From: Chiloscyllium plagiosum
Taxonomy: Eukaryota
Direction: 5' to 3'
DNA length: 64,000 nt
Assembly (NCBI RefSeq): GCF_004010195.1
Contig: NC_057713.1
Coordinates: 41,449,081 to 41,513,080 of the forward strand
The notes below the pieces were generated by a model that ran no database searches, was not told the DNA's origin, and worked only from the letters and a program-made list of their open reading frames with translations. A program made the translations under genes and the position numbers. Within the stretch, counting starts at the first letter, position 1. Each line of letters starts with the position of its first letter. This document shows, one piece after another, positions 24,160 through 37,076 of this stretch.

Positions 24160-24729
24160 TATGAGTTACTGATACTGTTTTTTGATGTTTTTGTCAATGA
24201 TAAGTTACTGTTGTTATTTTTGACATTTTACTTAGATTTGTTTGATAATGAAGACCATCTTAAATGTTCCTCTGGAAGGTCTAAAGCATTGCATTTTGAA
24301 GGACCTCCTCAGTGCCAGGAAATAATTCATTCTGGAGAATGCAAGTAGGATTTTCCCTTCTATGGATAAGAAGGAAAAATCTTGAGAGATACAGAAATCT
24401 TGATCATTTTCACAATATGTTACATCAACTTTCTTGATGAGCATTAACATTTTTGCAAATCAAGCGGGGAAGATTTTTATCCTCCCAAATCCGTGGGATG
24501 ACTTCATTGAATCTCAATGTAAGCGGAAGCTCTTTCTGGACTTGAGGAACCTTGTTCAATAGGCATGACTGGGTTTTTAATAAAATGTTAAGTTCACAGG
24601 TATAGATAAACATCCTCACCTGCCCTGAAAGAGTCATTTAGTGGATGTCAAATTTCTCCATTAGAATAAAAGTAATCCACATATTTTAATAATATTTTTT
24701 TAAGGTTGTTTGTGACATTTTATCTTTTT

Positions 24730-25490
24730 GTTATTCATTCATTCATCTGATATGGACATTATCAGTTGGGCCAACTTTTATTGTCTGTTCCTCGTTCCCT
24801 TGAGAAGGTAATGGTGAAATACCTTCTTGAACTGGAATCCACTTCGTATAGGTAGACCAAAATATCATTAGGGAGGAATTCCAAAATTTTGACCCGGCAA
24901 CACTGAAAGAAAGGCAATATATTTCCCAAGTCAGGATGTTGAGTGACTTAGAGGGGTACTTGCAAATTGCACACATCTGCTACCATTCTCCTTCTAGATG
25001 GCAGTGGATCTAGAAGGTGCTGTAAGTGAATTTTAACAGTGCATCTTATAGATAGTACAGACTGCTACTCCTGAGTGTCAGTGATGAAGAGACTGAATGT
25101 TGTAGATATGATGCCAGAAAAACAGGCTGCTTTGTCAAGGTTCTTGAATGTTGGAGCTGTACTCATCCAGACAATTGGAGAATATTCCATCACATTCCTG
25201 ATCTGTGCCTTGGAGATGGTTGACAGGCTTTGAAGAGTAAGAAGATGAGCTACTTGCTGCAGGATGCCAAGCCCCTGCTCTTGTACACTAGTCCTGTTTA
25301 GTTTCTGACCAATGATAAACTCCAGGATGTTGGTGTTGGGGATTCGTTAATGATGATGCAATTGAATGTTTGAACGTGATATTCGGATGGTCTCTTTGGA
25401 GATTGTCATTGCCTATCACTTGTGTGGTGCAAATATTACTTGTTACTTGTTAGCCCAAACCAAGGTGTTGTCCCAGGTCTTGCTGCATAT
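24730..25490 (-). mobile_element. LINE family B 3' fragment
   Basis: Reverse complement of the 940-2465 and 59820-61095 family; VAGSKFWNS motif. Confidence 0.75.
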
Positions 25491-26084
25491 TTTCTGTCTT
25501 AACATGCTGGAAAATTTCCTTGTTTGGTAACTGTGAGAAATCATCATTGTGATAGACTGCTGATCTATTTGATGACATCAATGTTGCTGCATTCCTGAAA
25601 AGTCCCTTAGCTTGGCATCCAAAAATAAATAAATGTCAGGAAAGGTGAAATCCATGCCACAGAGATTACTGCATGGATTCCCTCCAGGCTATAGGGTTTA
25701 AGCATCATATTTCTGCAGAGCTATGTGCTGACTTACATTGTGGTGTTTCCCTGCACTGGTATTGAACTATGAGCTTCAAGAAACATCTTTGTCTACAAGC
25801 CCATTGTAGAGCTGCTAACAGCATATGTTAATTTATTGTTATTATTTGGTGATTGTAATACAAACTTTGGCACTTGAATCAAGCTACAGCACTCTATTAA
25901 GTGGGTTTCAAAGCTGTTCTATGTCAAATGCATGGTGCTTTCCATAATTCAATGTGGAATTGTTGCTAATACCGATAATCTGCAGACACATTGTGAACCA
26001 GACTCATTCACTGCTTTTTGAAAAAGAATGCAAAATAGGAACTGACTCCATAATTTACCAAATAATGTTCTAGTGTTATAAACT

Positions 26085-27730
26085 TGTAGACATTTACAGC
26101 ACAGAAGGCGGTCATTTTGACCCATCATGCCCTCTCTGGTTAACAAAGTTTTGACTCCACTAATCCTAACTTTCATTTCTTGGATGTGGAGGCTGTAACA
26201 ATGCAAATGACTATCTAAATACTGCTGAAATATTTCAAGAGTTTCTGACGCAACCACAATTTCTCAATGAGCTCCAGGCCTCCTTCACCTTCTCCTCAAT
26301 TCTTATCTTAGCCTTCTACCTCTTACCTTAAATCCATGTTCTCTGGCTATTGACACATCTACTAATGAAAAGTGTACCTTCTTATGCCTTCCCCCACATC
26401 TGTCCCCTACTTAACCTTTGCTTCTCCAAGGAAGATAACTCAGCCTATCCAATCTTTCTTCAGATCTCAGATACCTTGGCCCAGGTAGCATCTTGGTAAA
26501 TGTCCTCTGCATCCACTCCAGTGCAATCATATCCTTCAAATAACATGGTGACCAAAATTATATGCAGTACTCCTGTTCTGGCCTAACCAGCACTTTATAC
26601 AGTTCCAGCATAACCTTCTTGTTTTTGAATTGGCAAGTGGCAAATATGCTAATTTATCTTGTATTCCATTGGCTTTTACTTGAACTTCAAAAAATCTTTC
26701 TGAAGTCCATGTGGATCATATTAAATGCATTGCCTATATTAACACTGCTCTTTATATATCTTTTAAAAACCTCATTAGGTTTTCCTTTATTCTACCTGCC
26801 AATGATTTCTTAAGCACTCGCTTAGCTTTTCTAATTTCCCTTAAAGTTCCTGTTGCACTTTTTATAGTCCTCTAAAAATTCTCACATATTGTCCTCAGTA
26901 TTTGCCACACACAACTCTTTTGTCTTACTTCTAATCTTAATGCCACTTGACATGCAGAGTACTCTATCTTGGTCCCACTATTTGTCTTTATGGGACCATA
27001 TTTGCCTTGCACTCTCCCTATTTCTTCCTTGAATGCTTCCCACTGCTCTGACAATGTTTTATTGGCAAGTAACTGCTTCCATGTCTTATTTTGGTAAAAC
27101 TAGCCTTTCCTCAGTTAACAATTTTTATTCTTGGCTTATAATTATGCACAACTATCTAAAATCCAACTGCATTATTGTCACTATCTCCAAAATGCTCCCC
27201 TTCCTGAATATAAGGTCCAGAATGACATCCTAACTTTTTGGAATTTCTATGTGATGGGTAAAAGGATCTATTGGATGCCAATTAAAAATTTTGGCTCCTG
27301 CCTAACTTGCACAATAAAACTAACAAAGTTGAGACTTGGATAGTTAAAATCCCTTATGATATTGCCTTATTATTCCCACACATCTCTGAAATTTGGTAAT
27401 AAATGTAATCTCCTATCTCTCCTGATTGTTTGGGTGACAACAATACTCACCCAACTGAGGATTTGTCCCCCTTGTGTTCTTTGCTTCTAACCAAACGACC
27501 TCATTCGATGATCCTTCCAAGATATCATCCCTCCTCACTTTTATAATTCATTCCTTAATCAATATTGTGATCCATCACCCCTACCACCTCTCTCCCCCTC
27601 AATATCTCATCTGAATACCTGATAACCATGTATGTTGAACCACCAATCCTGATTATCTCTCAGTCAAGTCTTGGATCAATTATGATGTTATATTTTCATG
27701 TGCCATCAGTACCCTCAGCTCATCTGGCTC
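26085..27730 (-). mobile_element. Degraded CR1 (3' end joined to endonuclease/linker remnant)
   Basis: 3' UTR near 26090; QWEAFKEEIGRVQGKY linker motif. Confidence 0.65.
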
Positions 27731-28034
27731 ATGCTCCTTAATTTTCAATATAAGCTTTTAAGCTTTATTTATGGCTGTGGGATCATGTTCAAATAATGAC
27801 TGGACAGTGAGTGGTGAAAAGAGCCCCTTTATTCAGCACAAATGTGAGGCGGCAAAAGAATCCCAAAATACAGTTCTTACAAGAGCCCCTTTATACACAG
27901 TTCTTACATATAGGAAAATTCCATTATTATGATGATACATTGTTTTATCTATAGTACACAAAGGTTTGAAGGATTTCTGTCCTGGGAGACAGGAATGGGT
28001 TAAAACATGTGGTTTAAAGTATATGGATATATCT

Positions 28035-28485
28035 ACAAGAGAAGATGCAAATCTTGACCTACTCTTGGGAAAAAAAGGCAGGGCAGATGACTGAGGTATC
28101 AGTGGGGGAAGACTTTGGGGCCAGCAACCATAATTCTATTAGTTTTAAAATAGTGATGAAGGATAGACAGGATCTAAAAGTTGAAGGTCTAAATTGGAGG
28201 AAATTCAATTTTGATGGTATGAGGCAAGAGCTTCCAAAAGCTGACTGGGGGCAGATGTTCATAGGTAAAGGACGATTAGAAAATGAGAAGCCTTCAAAAA
28301 TGAGATGACAAGAGTTCAGAGACAGTATACTCCTTTTAAAATGAAAGGAAAGGCTGGTAGGTGTAGGGAATACTGGATGACTAGAGAAATTGGGGTTTTT
28401 GTTAAGGAAAAGAAGGAAACAGATGTCAGATATAGATAACAGAGATGAAGTGAATCCTTAGAAGAGTATGAAGGCAGTAGTACGT
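28035..28485 (+). mobile_element. CR1/HER1 ORF2 endonuclease end and linker (left part of an interrupted copy)
   Basis: VGEDFGASNHNSISFKIV...LNWRKFNFDGMRQEL..ADW (SDH motif region). Confidence 0.85.
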
Positions 28486-28489
28486 GGAA

Positions 28490-29649
28490 TATAGAACATA
28501 GAAAAGTACAGCACAGAACAGGCCCTTTGGCCCACGATGTTGTGCCAAAGTTAAATCCTAATGTAAAATATAATAACTTAACCTACGCATCCCTCAACAC
28601 ACTGTTATTCATGTGCATGTCCAGCAGTCGCTTAAATGTCCCCAATGACTCTGCTTCCACCACCACAGCTGGCAACGCATTCCATGCATTTACAACTCTC
28701 TGCGTAAAGAACCGACCTCTGACGTCTCCTTTATACCTTCTTTCTAATATCTTCAAACTATGACTCCTCGTACCAGTCAATCCTGCCCTGGGGAAAAGTC
28801 TCTGGCTATTGACTGTATCTATTCCACTCATTATCTTGTACACCTCGATCAGGTCTCCTCTCTTCCTCCTTCTTTCCAGAGAGAAAAGTCCGAGCTTATT
28901 CAACCTTTCTTCATAAGGCAAGCCCTCCAGTCCAGGCAGCATCCTGGTAAACCTTCTTTGCATCCTCTCTAAAGCCTCTATATCTTTCCTATAGTAGGGT
29001 GACCAGAACTGGACACAATATTCCAAGTGTGGTCTCACCAGGGACTTGTAGAACTGTAGCAAAACCTTGTGGCTCTTAAACTCAATCCGCCTGGTTATGA
29101 AAGCCAAAACACCATATGCTTTCTTAACAACCCTATCCACTTGGTTGGCAACTTTGAGGCAACTTGCACACCCAGATCCCTTTGTTCCTTCACACTGCCA
29201 ACAATCCTTTCTTTAATCCTATAATAAGCATTCGAGTTCGACCTTCCAAAATGTATCACTTCGCATTTATCCAGTTTGAACTCCATCTGCAATTTCTCAG
29301 CCCAGCTCTGCATCCTGTCTGTATCGTGCTGCAGCCTGCAGTAGCCCTCTATACTATCAATGACATCTCCAAACTTTATATCATCTGCAAATTTACATAT
29401 CTACCCGTCAACCTCCTCATCCAAGTAATTTATAAAAACTACAAAGAACAGAGGCCCAAGAACTGAGCCCTGCGGGACACCACTCAATACTGACCTCCAA
29501 GCAGAATACTTTTCATCTACAACCATTCTCTGCCTTCTGTCAGCCAGCCAATTCTGAATCCAGATAGCCAAATCTCCCTGTATCCCATACTTCCTGACTT
29601 TATGAATGGGCCTACCATGGGGAACCTTATCAAATACCTTGATGAAGTC
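28490..29649 (-). mobile_element. Young 5'-truncated CR1 LINE with a 185-aa open ORF2 C-terminal segment (28583-29140)
   Basis: LVRPHLEYCVQFWSPY, RRKRGDLIEVYKIM, FFTQRVVNAWNALP; upstream FADD and FDKVPHG; (TTCTATG) tail; small deletion near 29160. Confidence 0.95.
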
Positions 29650-31068
29650 AGGGAGAACTAGGGATTTGGATACAGAACTGACTCAAAGGTAGAAGACAGA
29701 GAGTGTTGGTTGCTTTTAAGACTGGAAGCCTGTGACCAGTGGTGTGTCACAAGGATCAGTGAGGGGTCCATTCCTTTTCATCATTTATATAAATGATTTG
29801 GATGTGAACATAGGGAGTATCGTTAGTAAGTTTGCAGATGACACAAAATTTGGAGGTGTCATAGACAGTGAAGAAGGTTACTTCAGAGTACAACAGGGTC
29901 TTGATCAGATTGGCAAATGGGCTGAGAAGTGGCAGATGGAGTTTAATTTAGATAAATGTGAGGTGCTGCATTTTGGAAAAGCAAATCAGAGCAAGACCTA
30001 TACACTTAATGGGAAGCCCTTGGGAGTGTTGCTGAACATAGAGACCTTGGAGTGTAGGTTCATAGCTCCTTGAAAGTGGAGTCACAGGTAGATAGGATAC
30101 TGAAGAAGGCGTTTGGTATGCTTTCTTTTATTGGTCAGAGCATTGAGTATAGGAGTTGGGAGATCAAGTTGCAGCTGTACAGGACATTGATTAGGCCAGT
30201 TTTAGAATATTGCTTGCAATTCTGGTCTCCATCTTAATGGAAGGATAATGTGAAACTTGAAAGGATTCAGAAAAGATTTACAAGGATTTTATATGTTTAG
30301 ATTCCCTACTGTGTGGAAACAGGCCCTTCAACCCAACAAGTCCACACTGATCCTCTGAAGAATAACCCATCCTGGCTCATTTCCCTAAATGTCCCCTTTA
30401 CTAATGCACCTAACATTATGGGCAATTTAGCATTGTCCAATTCATCTGACCTGCCCATCTTTTGGAATGTGGGAGAATCCGGGGCACCCGGAAGAAACTC
30501 TCGCAAACACAGGGAGGATGTGCAATCTTCACACTTACAGTCACCCGAGGCTGGAATCAAACCCAGGTCCTTGGCCCTGTGAGGCAGTAGTGTTGACCAC
30601 TGAGCCACCGTGCTGCCCCAGGATGTTGCCAGGGTTGGAGGATTTGAGCTATAGGGAGAGTCCGAATGGGCTGGAGCTGTTTTTCCTGGAGCATCAGAGG
30701 CTGAGGTGGCCCTTTTCACAAAATCATGAGAGGCATGAATAGCATAAATAGACAAAATCATTTCTCTGGCGAGGGAGAGTCCAGAGTTAGAGGTTTTGTG
30801 TGAGAGGGGAAAAATTTGAAAGGGACTTTGGGGCAACATTTTCACACAGAGGGTGGTGTGTGTATGGAATGAGCTGCCAGATGGAGTGGTGGAGGCTGGA
30901 ACAATTACAACATTTAAAATGCATCTGGATGGATATACGAACAGGAAGGGTTAGAGTGATATGGGCCAAATGCTGGCAAATGGGACTAGATTAGATAGGG
31001 ATGTCTGGTTGGCATGGATGGGTTGGACTGAAGGATCTGATTCAATGCTGTACATCTCTATGACTCTA
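29650..31068 (+). mobile_element. CR1/HER1 RT to 3' end (right part), interrupted by a SINE
   Basis: SGVSQGSVRGPFLFIIYINDLD...SKFADDTK...WQMEFNLDKCEVLHFG; CTCTATGACTCTAT tail. Confidence 0.93.
30293..30618 (-). mobile_element. HE1-like SINE nested in CR1
   Basis: SINE head at 30618; short duplication AGGAT on both sides. Confidence 0.88.
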
Positions 31069-32329
31069 TTACTAAATGCTGGCTGTTCTTTCTGATGGAA
31101 TTAAGAGTATCTGTCTGGTCTTCTTGATAATTAAGAGACATTAGTCCTTTGGTCTTTTAAGTTACTAAATGTTAGGGAAAATAATAGGCTTATATGCTCT
31201 GAATAAGTTAGAAATTGCACCTGCACTTCAAAAAAGAATAGAAGATATTAAACTGATTACTGCAGCTGGGTTGTAGATTGGTTTACTATTTGCTGATGTG
31301 AATTTCATTTATTCATGCAATTTCACTTAAACAATGTTTTGACAGTTAGTTTCTTAAAGGGATAACGGCCCAGTTAAAAGGTATTTTAAACAGTACATGC
31401 TAATTGGGGAAACTGGTGTTCTGTAATCTATTCCGGTCCAGGAGGTGGTTGGTAAGGATTGATTAATGTTATAATGTTTTGTGGAGACTTGATGGGGATG
31501 GTATTGTTTACGATATTGATACCTTTTCAGAGGTAGCTAGGCCTAAACACTGCTTGTAGCAAAGGCTGATAAGAATTGAAGGTGTGAAAAAGCAGTAATG
31601 ATTGAAAGAGTTGTTTTAATCAGAAAGTGTTGCTTTAATTTGGTCTACCTTATGATAGTAAAATATATTACAAAACTGTGGTTTTCTGAATGAATGAATG
31701 AAACTGTGTATTAGTAAATAACAGGCTAGTAAAGAAATATGAATGAACAGGAACCCAGTATTGATTAATATAACAAGCTGGTGAGTGAGTAGTAAAGATA
31801 ACCTTTACTTACCTTTAACCTAAAGAAACACAGTGTCTCACAGGGCCTTACTTTAATGTAATATCTAGGCACAAGAGATGAGAGAGAAATTCCCATTACT
31901 TACTCATCTGTTCTCCTGCTGTCTCAAACTCTGACATTGTTGAAGCAGCTCTATCTGTTTCTGGGATATCCATGTTCTTGTGGCCACTTTAAATATCATT
32001 GTTGACACAGGTCCACTGCCGGTTGGTCTGCCTGCTTCTGTTTGGACCAACTTGAGAAAATGCACTGATTCTTGTACTTCACTACTCTCCGGGTCACCAT
32101 CAAAGTTAACAATTTAATCAAAGGATCCATAGTTCCAAATTAATCTGTCTGATTGTATAAGATTAACAGTAAATATTGACCAGGTTCTTGCACTTAACAG
32201 AAACTACTGTTTCTTACAAATAAGTAAGGCATAGGTAAACAAAACTTTGAACTGTCAAATATGTCATTCAAATAACTCTATTATCTGATACTCTACCCCC
32301 TTTTTAAAGACCTAAACAAGTAAAATCAG

Positions 32330-32537
32330 CATAGTCCCAGAGTATCATAGGGCTATTCTCTCATTAGAGAGAATTGACTGGTGGCAGTTTGATGTAAGGG
32401 TCACCATGCCTCAGATGAAGGGTAAGGTTGAGAAGGTGGGAACTTCATGGTGAGCTCAGCTGGTGCAGAAATTGAAGCTATGCTGTTGATCTCACTCTGC
32501 ATCGCAAACCAGCCATCCAATCAGTTGAGCTAACCAA
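32330..32537 (-). mobile_element. Old tRNA-derived SINE (different family)
   Basis: Minus strand starts GGTTAGCTCAACTGATTGGATGGCTGGTTTGCGATGCAGAG with a B-box-like TTCAATTTC; related remnant at ~58320-58460. Confidence 0.55.
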
Positions 32538-32603
32538 CCTTCCCCAAACCCCTACACACTCATGCAGATACACAGACAAATAAATTGGCAATATGGGTGG
32601 AAT

Positions 32604-32699
32604 CTGAGCTGGAAGTGTGTTGCTGGAAAAGCGCAGCAGGTCAGGCAGCATCTAGGGAACAGGAGAATCGACGTTTCGGGCATAAGCCCTTCTTCAGGA
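32604..32699 (-). mobile_element. Single-arm PLE pLTR (family A, ~96 bp); intact hammerhead core at 32670-32697
   Basis: TSD ATGGGTGGAAT at 32593-32603 and 32700-32710. Confidence 0.88.
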
Positions 32700-33183
32700 A
32701 TGGGTGGAATGAAAAACACTGGGGAAACACAGTTCATTAGCACCAGTCTATAGGGCTTGAGAAACTATCTTTTAGCTGCGAGTGTTATAATCAATACCTT
32801 CTTGAAATCATGTTTTGGCCTTGTCTGTTTTCTGTGGTAGCAAATTCCACAGGCTCACCACTCCCTGGTGAAAGAAATTCTCCTCATCTCAGTCCCAAAT
32901 GGTCTACCTGTATCCTTAGACTGTGACCCCTAGTTCTGGACTCTGCTGTCATCAGGAACATCCTTCCTGCATCTACCCTGTCTAAGCATGTTAGAATATT
33001 CTTGGCTTATATTAGATCTCTCTCTATTCTACTAAAGTCCAGTGACAGTGCAAAGGGAATACTGGAATTTTAAAAATCACATTTATTGAAGCATATTGTG
33101 AGTTGTATCTAATCTTGCTTTCATTGAACAGTGAGGGCTAAAGCAGTCATCATTGAGCAGAACTAGTGGAGAGCTGTTTGACA

Positions 33184-33460
33184 AGGCAGCACTGTGACTC
33201 AGTGACCTGGGTTTGATTCCAGCCTTGAGTGACTGCCTGTGTGGAGTTTATATGTTCTCCTGTGTCCATTCTCTCTGGGTGCTCCGTTTCTTTCCACAGT
33301 TGTGTGAGGTTAGGTGGATTAACTATCCTGAATTGCCAAATTGTATTGTTCAGGGATGTGCAGTCTAGTTGGATTATGAGGGTCTGGAATGCTCTTTGTA
33401 GGTTAGTGCAGGCTCGATTGACTGAGTGGCATCTTTCTGTACTGTAGAGATTCTATGATT
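33184..33460 (+). mobile_element. Degraded HE1-like SINE
   Basis: TGTGTGGAGTTT..ATGTTCTCC core and GATTCTATGATT tail. Confidence 0.7.
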
Positions 33461-34116
33461 GAAGCAATAATGTTCTGATTAGCCCTGAGCAGGTAATTAT
33501 GGCTTGTGTGGGTACTAGTGCAGCAGAGAACTACCTAGTCTGCAAAGAGAGACCAGTGAAAGCTCTCTGTCTATCTCTCTCTCTCTCTGTCTGTCTCTCC
33601 GATGTGGAGGTTACTAGAATGTTTCCAGTAACAGCTGAACACCTTTCACTCACATTTCTCTGCAAATTCCTTGTTGAAGGAATAAAATGCCTTCAAAGAC
33701 AGTGAAAGGACAAATTTATAATCGATACATGAAAGACAGTATGCATGCAAACAATATCAGACATTGTTGGAAAAACTCAGTAGGTCTGGCAGCATCTGTG
33801 GAGTGAAAGCAGAGTTAACTTTTCAGGTCAAGTGACCCTCAGAGCCTTCATACTTTCAGAGTGCGCAGACAAGAGTGTGTCAGCAGCAAAGAACTGAAAA
33901 GAAAGGAAGAAAAAGAAACAACACATTGAACCATGATCCAGATTGATGCCATTGAACTATATTGTCCTGATTTATTTTTTCTTTTCTCACCCTTAACATC
34001 CATATCTTTACTGTCTTTGTTTGTGAAGATGGAAATTGAAGGAGGATATAGTTTAATATGTAGAGTTAGCAATTCATATTTTATAAATGCCATTAGTTAA
34101 AGACAAACTGTAACCG

Positions 34117-34506
34117 AGTCACAGAGTCATACGGAATGGAAACAGAGTCTTCATTCCAACCAATCCATGCCGATCATAATCCCAAAATAAACTAGTCCCA
34201 CTTGCCTGTGCTTGGCCCGTATCCCTGCAAATATTTCTTATTCACGTACTTACCCAAATGTATTTTAAACTTTGTAACTATACCTGCATCTGCCACTTCC
34301 TCTGGGGAAGTTCATTCCACACTCTATATAAAAAGGTTGCCTCTCAGATTTTTCTCCCCTCACCTTAAAAATATGCACCTTAGTCTTGAAATCCCCTACC
34401 TTAGGGAAAACGCACTTGCTATTCACCTTATCTAAAGCCCTCATGATTTCATAAACCTCAATATGGTCACCCCTCAACCTTCTACACTCCAAAGAAAGAA
34501 GTCCCA
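34117..34506 (-). mobile_element. CR1/HER1 3' fragment
   Basis: SLECRRLRGDHIEVYEIM...FPKVG; GAGTCACAGAGTCAT tail. Confidence 0.85.
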
Positions 34507-34554
34507 TAAACAATTATTTTTTGCTAAGTACAGAAACCTGGTGAATGTTTTCTT

Positions 34555-34720
34555 TTAACCTGAGCTCATCAGTCAGAATTGAAGATGAATTACACTGGAC
34601 TCGAGGCATTAACTCTGTTTTTCTCTCTTCACAAATGTTGCCAGATCTGCTGGATGTCTTCAGCATTGGATTTGTTTGTTTCAGCTTTCCAACATCTGCA
34701 GTGTTTTGCTTTTATTTGAG
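34555..34720 (+). mobile_element. Degraded PLE pLTR (family C); similar relics at 33750-33845 (-) and 45785-45920 (+)
   Basis: TTAACTCTGTTTTTCTCTC..CA.ATG.TGCCAGA.CTGCTG block. Confidence 0.55.
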
Positions 34721-35059
34721 ATATTGGGTGTATCAGCCTCCTGTCACTGTCAAGGAGCAAGGAGGAGTCTTGTTTCAATATGTCTGATATAATCAAACAG
34801 AACCTGCATCTCTGTGGGCTCTGCTACTTCTCTGTATTGCTGTACCAATCCAGAAGCACTGGCAGCACTGTCCACTAAACCTTTGCAGCCTTTGTGTGGT
34901 GGACAGGTCAACCACATCTCTGCTCCATCTTGGAGATGCAACAATACTTTCTGCCAAATCAAGACTTCCTCTGCAACACCTTCAGAAAAGAGCTAGAATA
35001 TCTCCAGACACTTTTCAATCAAAAACATCCAAAAGATTATCTTATCTGCTGTTTTAGGG

Positions 35060-35430
35060 TGCTTTTGTTATTTGTTGAAGGTTGGGGACATTATTACATA
35101 GTTTGGCTTTTAATGCCCACCTGTAATTGTTCAGAGGGCAGTTAAGAGTTAAACACATTGCTGTGATAGCTGTCTGCAGTCACTTGTAGGCCAGACAAGT
35201 AGGTTTAGCAAATTTCCTTTCCTAAATGGCATGACTGAACCAGACAGGTCTTTAAGGCAACCAAGAGTGGGTTACAAGGTGACCATTAGGGAAGCTTTCT
35301 ATTCCAGATTTTTTATTGCTTTCAAATTTCACCATCTACAATGATGGCGTTTTGGACTCCTGACCCCAGAACACTATCTTGGGATTCTAGAAATGTAGTC
35401 CAGTGACATTATTACAACATCACCACTTAC
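35060..35430 (-). mobile_element. SINE sharing the LINE family B tail
   Basis: Reverse complement of the 42540-42862 type sequence (TTTAGGAAAGGAAATTTGC...CCTACAAGTGACT). Confidence 0.55.
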
Positions 35431-36489
35431 CTTAGCACAGGGCTCATGTTGCTGCTTCATGCTTCTTATTTGCAAAATAAATCATGAGGAAGCTGCGTGG
35501 CCATGAACTGCCCAAATTTGAAAACTTGGCATCACGCCAGCTGATTGGGATATGTGGCCTTGGTGTAGTGTTGATTCAAAGCCAAGTGGTACAGGCAGGA
35601 AACACCCCTTCATGCCTTGCTCATTCAGTAACACTGCATAGTCACATAGTAAGCAGCTGAGACTGTATCCAGACAAGGAAAGAAGCACAAGGCTTCCATT
35701 GACAGCAGGGAACTACGTGAGGCAATTTTCTATTTGAGTATTTAAAGAACGTAGAGTCAGGTGTGGACACAGATACCTCAGCAGAGGGTTCATCAGGGAG
35801 GAGCTGAAGGTCAAGGACTTGTTCTCAGAATAGATACAACATCTATCTAAGGAATGGAATGAACCACAAGCAGGCTTTGACCTTCTAAAGTTTGCAGTGG
35901 AGGTTAAAAATTGTCTTAAGGCACAGCTGAGTGCACCGCAATTATTCAGAATATGCATGCTGAATGATCAGTTGAGTCATGGTTGCTGCATGAGATCAGC
36001 TTTCTATAAATTTTAGCTAATCAGGAGCAGTTGATGAGCACAGCAGATCAAGTGCACAGCCATTCCAGCTGGAAATACCCAAGTTTTTGAAATCTGAGGT
36101 ATCAGCATCCATATCGAATGCTGAATTGGACAAGGATTTCTACAGTTCTGTTTAATTGAATGAACGTCTGTACCATAGAATGCTATAAATCATTACCCAA
36201 GTGTAAGAGAATGACTATAGATCAACCAATTTATGCTGATCACTACAATGTTGTTTTCTGCCTCAAAAGGAGCTCAATGCCTACCTCCCTGTATTTCAGG
36301 GACTGGTTAATATTTAATCCTGTTAAAGAGTCAATGGGACTGCCAGCTGTCTACTGCATTCCCATTATCCAAGGAGATTCTGAATCAAACTTAAGAAATC
36401 CTTGGTTATTGAATGGAGTTTATAAACTGGCCTTTACAATGGTACATTTTTTTATGCAAAAAGGTTTGAAGCCCAGACAATGTCAGACT

Positions 36490-36810
36490 ATTTCTTTATT
36501 TCATTCATTCATGGAACGTGGATGTTCCTGGCTGGACCAGCATTTATTGCATCTCCCTAGTTGCCCTTGAGAAGGTACTTGTAAACTGCCCTCTTGAACT
36601 GTTGCAATCCATGTGCAGAGGTAGATCCATAAGGGAGAGAATTCCAGGATATCGATCCAATGACACTGAAGGGACAATGCTTTATTTCCAAGTCAGGATG
36701 GTGAGTGGATTGGAAGGGAATTTGCAAATGGTGGTGTTCCCATTTCAATGGTGTTTCTGCTTCCCTTGTTCTCCTAAAAAGTTATGGTCATGGGTTTGTA
36801 CAGTGCTGTT
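36490..36810 (-). mobile_element. LINE family B 3' end
   Basis: FSVIGSISWNSLP...AHGLQQFK..LLKGN* terminal ORF2 motif. Confidence 0.75.
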
Positions 36811-37076
36811 TTAGCAACCTAATTTATATATTCTCCTGGAAAGTTTGCTCCTCCTGTTTCTCATGTGGTCTGTTGTGGGATAATTCTAAATAATTTTTTT
36901 GAATTGCTTTGATATTCATTTGAAACTGTACAACAGATAACATAACAGAACTTTGTGAAGAGTATTAGAGACGGAAATGATAGATGACTCTTGAAGGATT
37001 TTGATGTTGGATTGCTCTGCATAGCGCCTGTGTTTGAAGTACCAAACACACACAGTTTGACACTTACGGTCCGAGA

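Noticed and set aside
28583-29140. 185-aa ORF as a host or domesticated gene
   Set aside because: It is the ordinary C-terminus of a young, 5'-truncated CR1 ORF2 with a frameshifting deletion just upstream.
36160-36570. 136-aa ORF in mostly unique sequence
   Set aside because: It has no recognisable domain or splice context and ends inside an antisense LINE tail.
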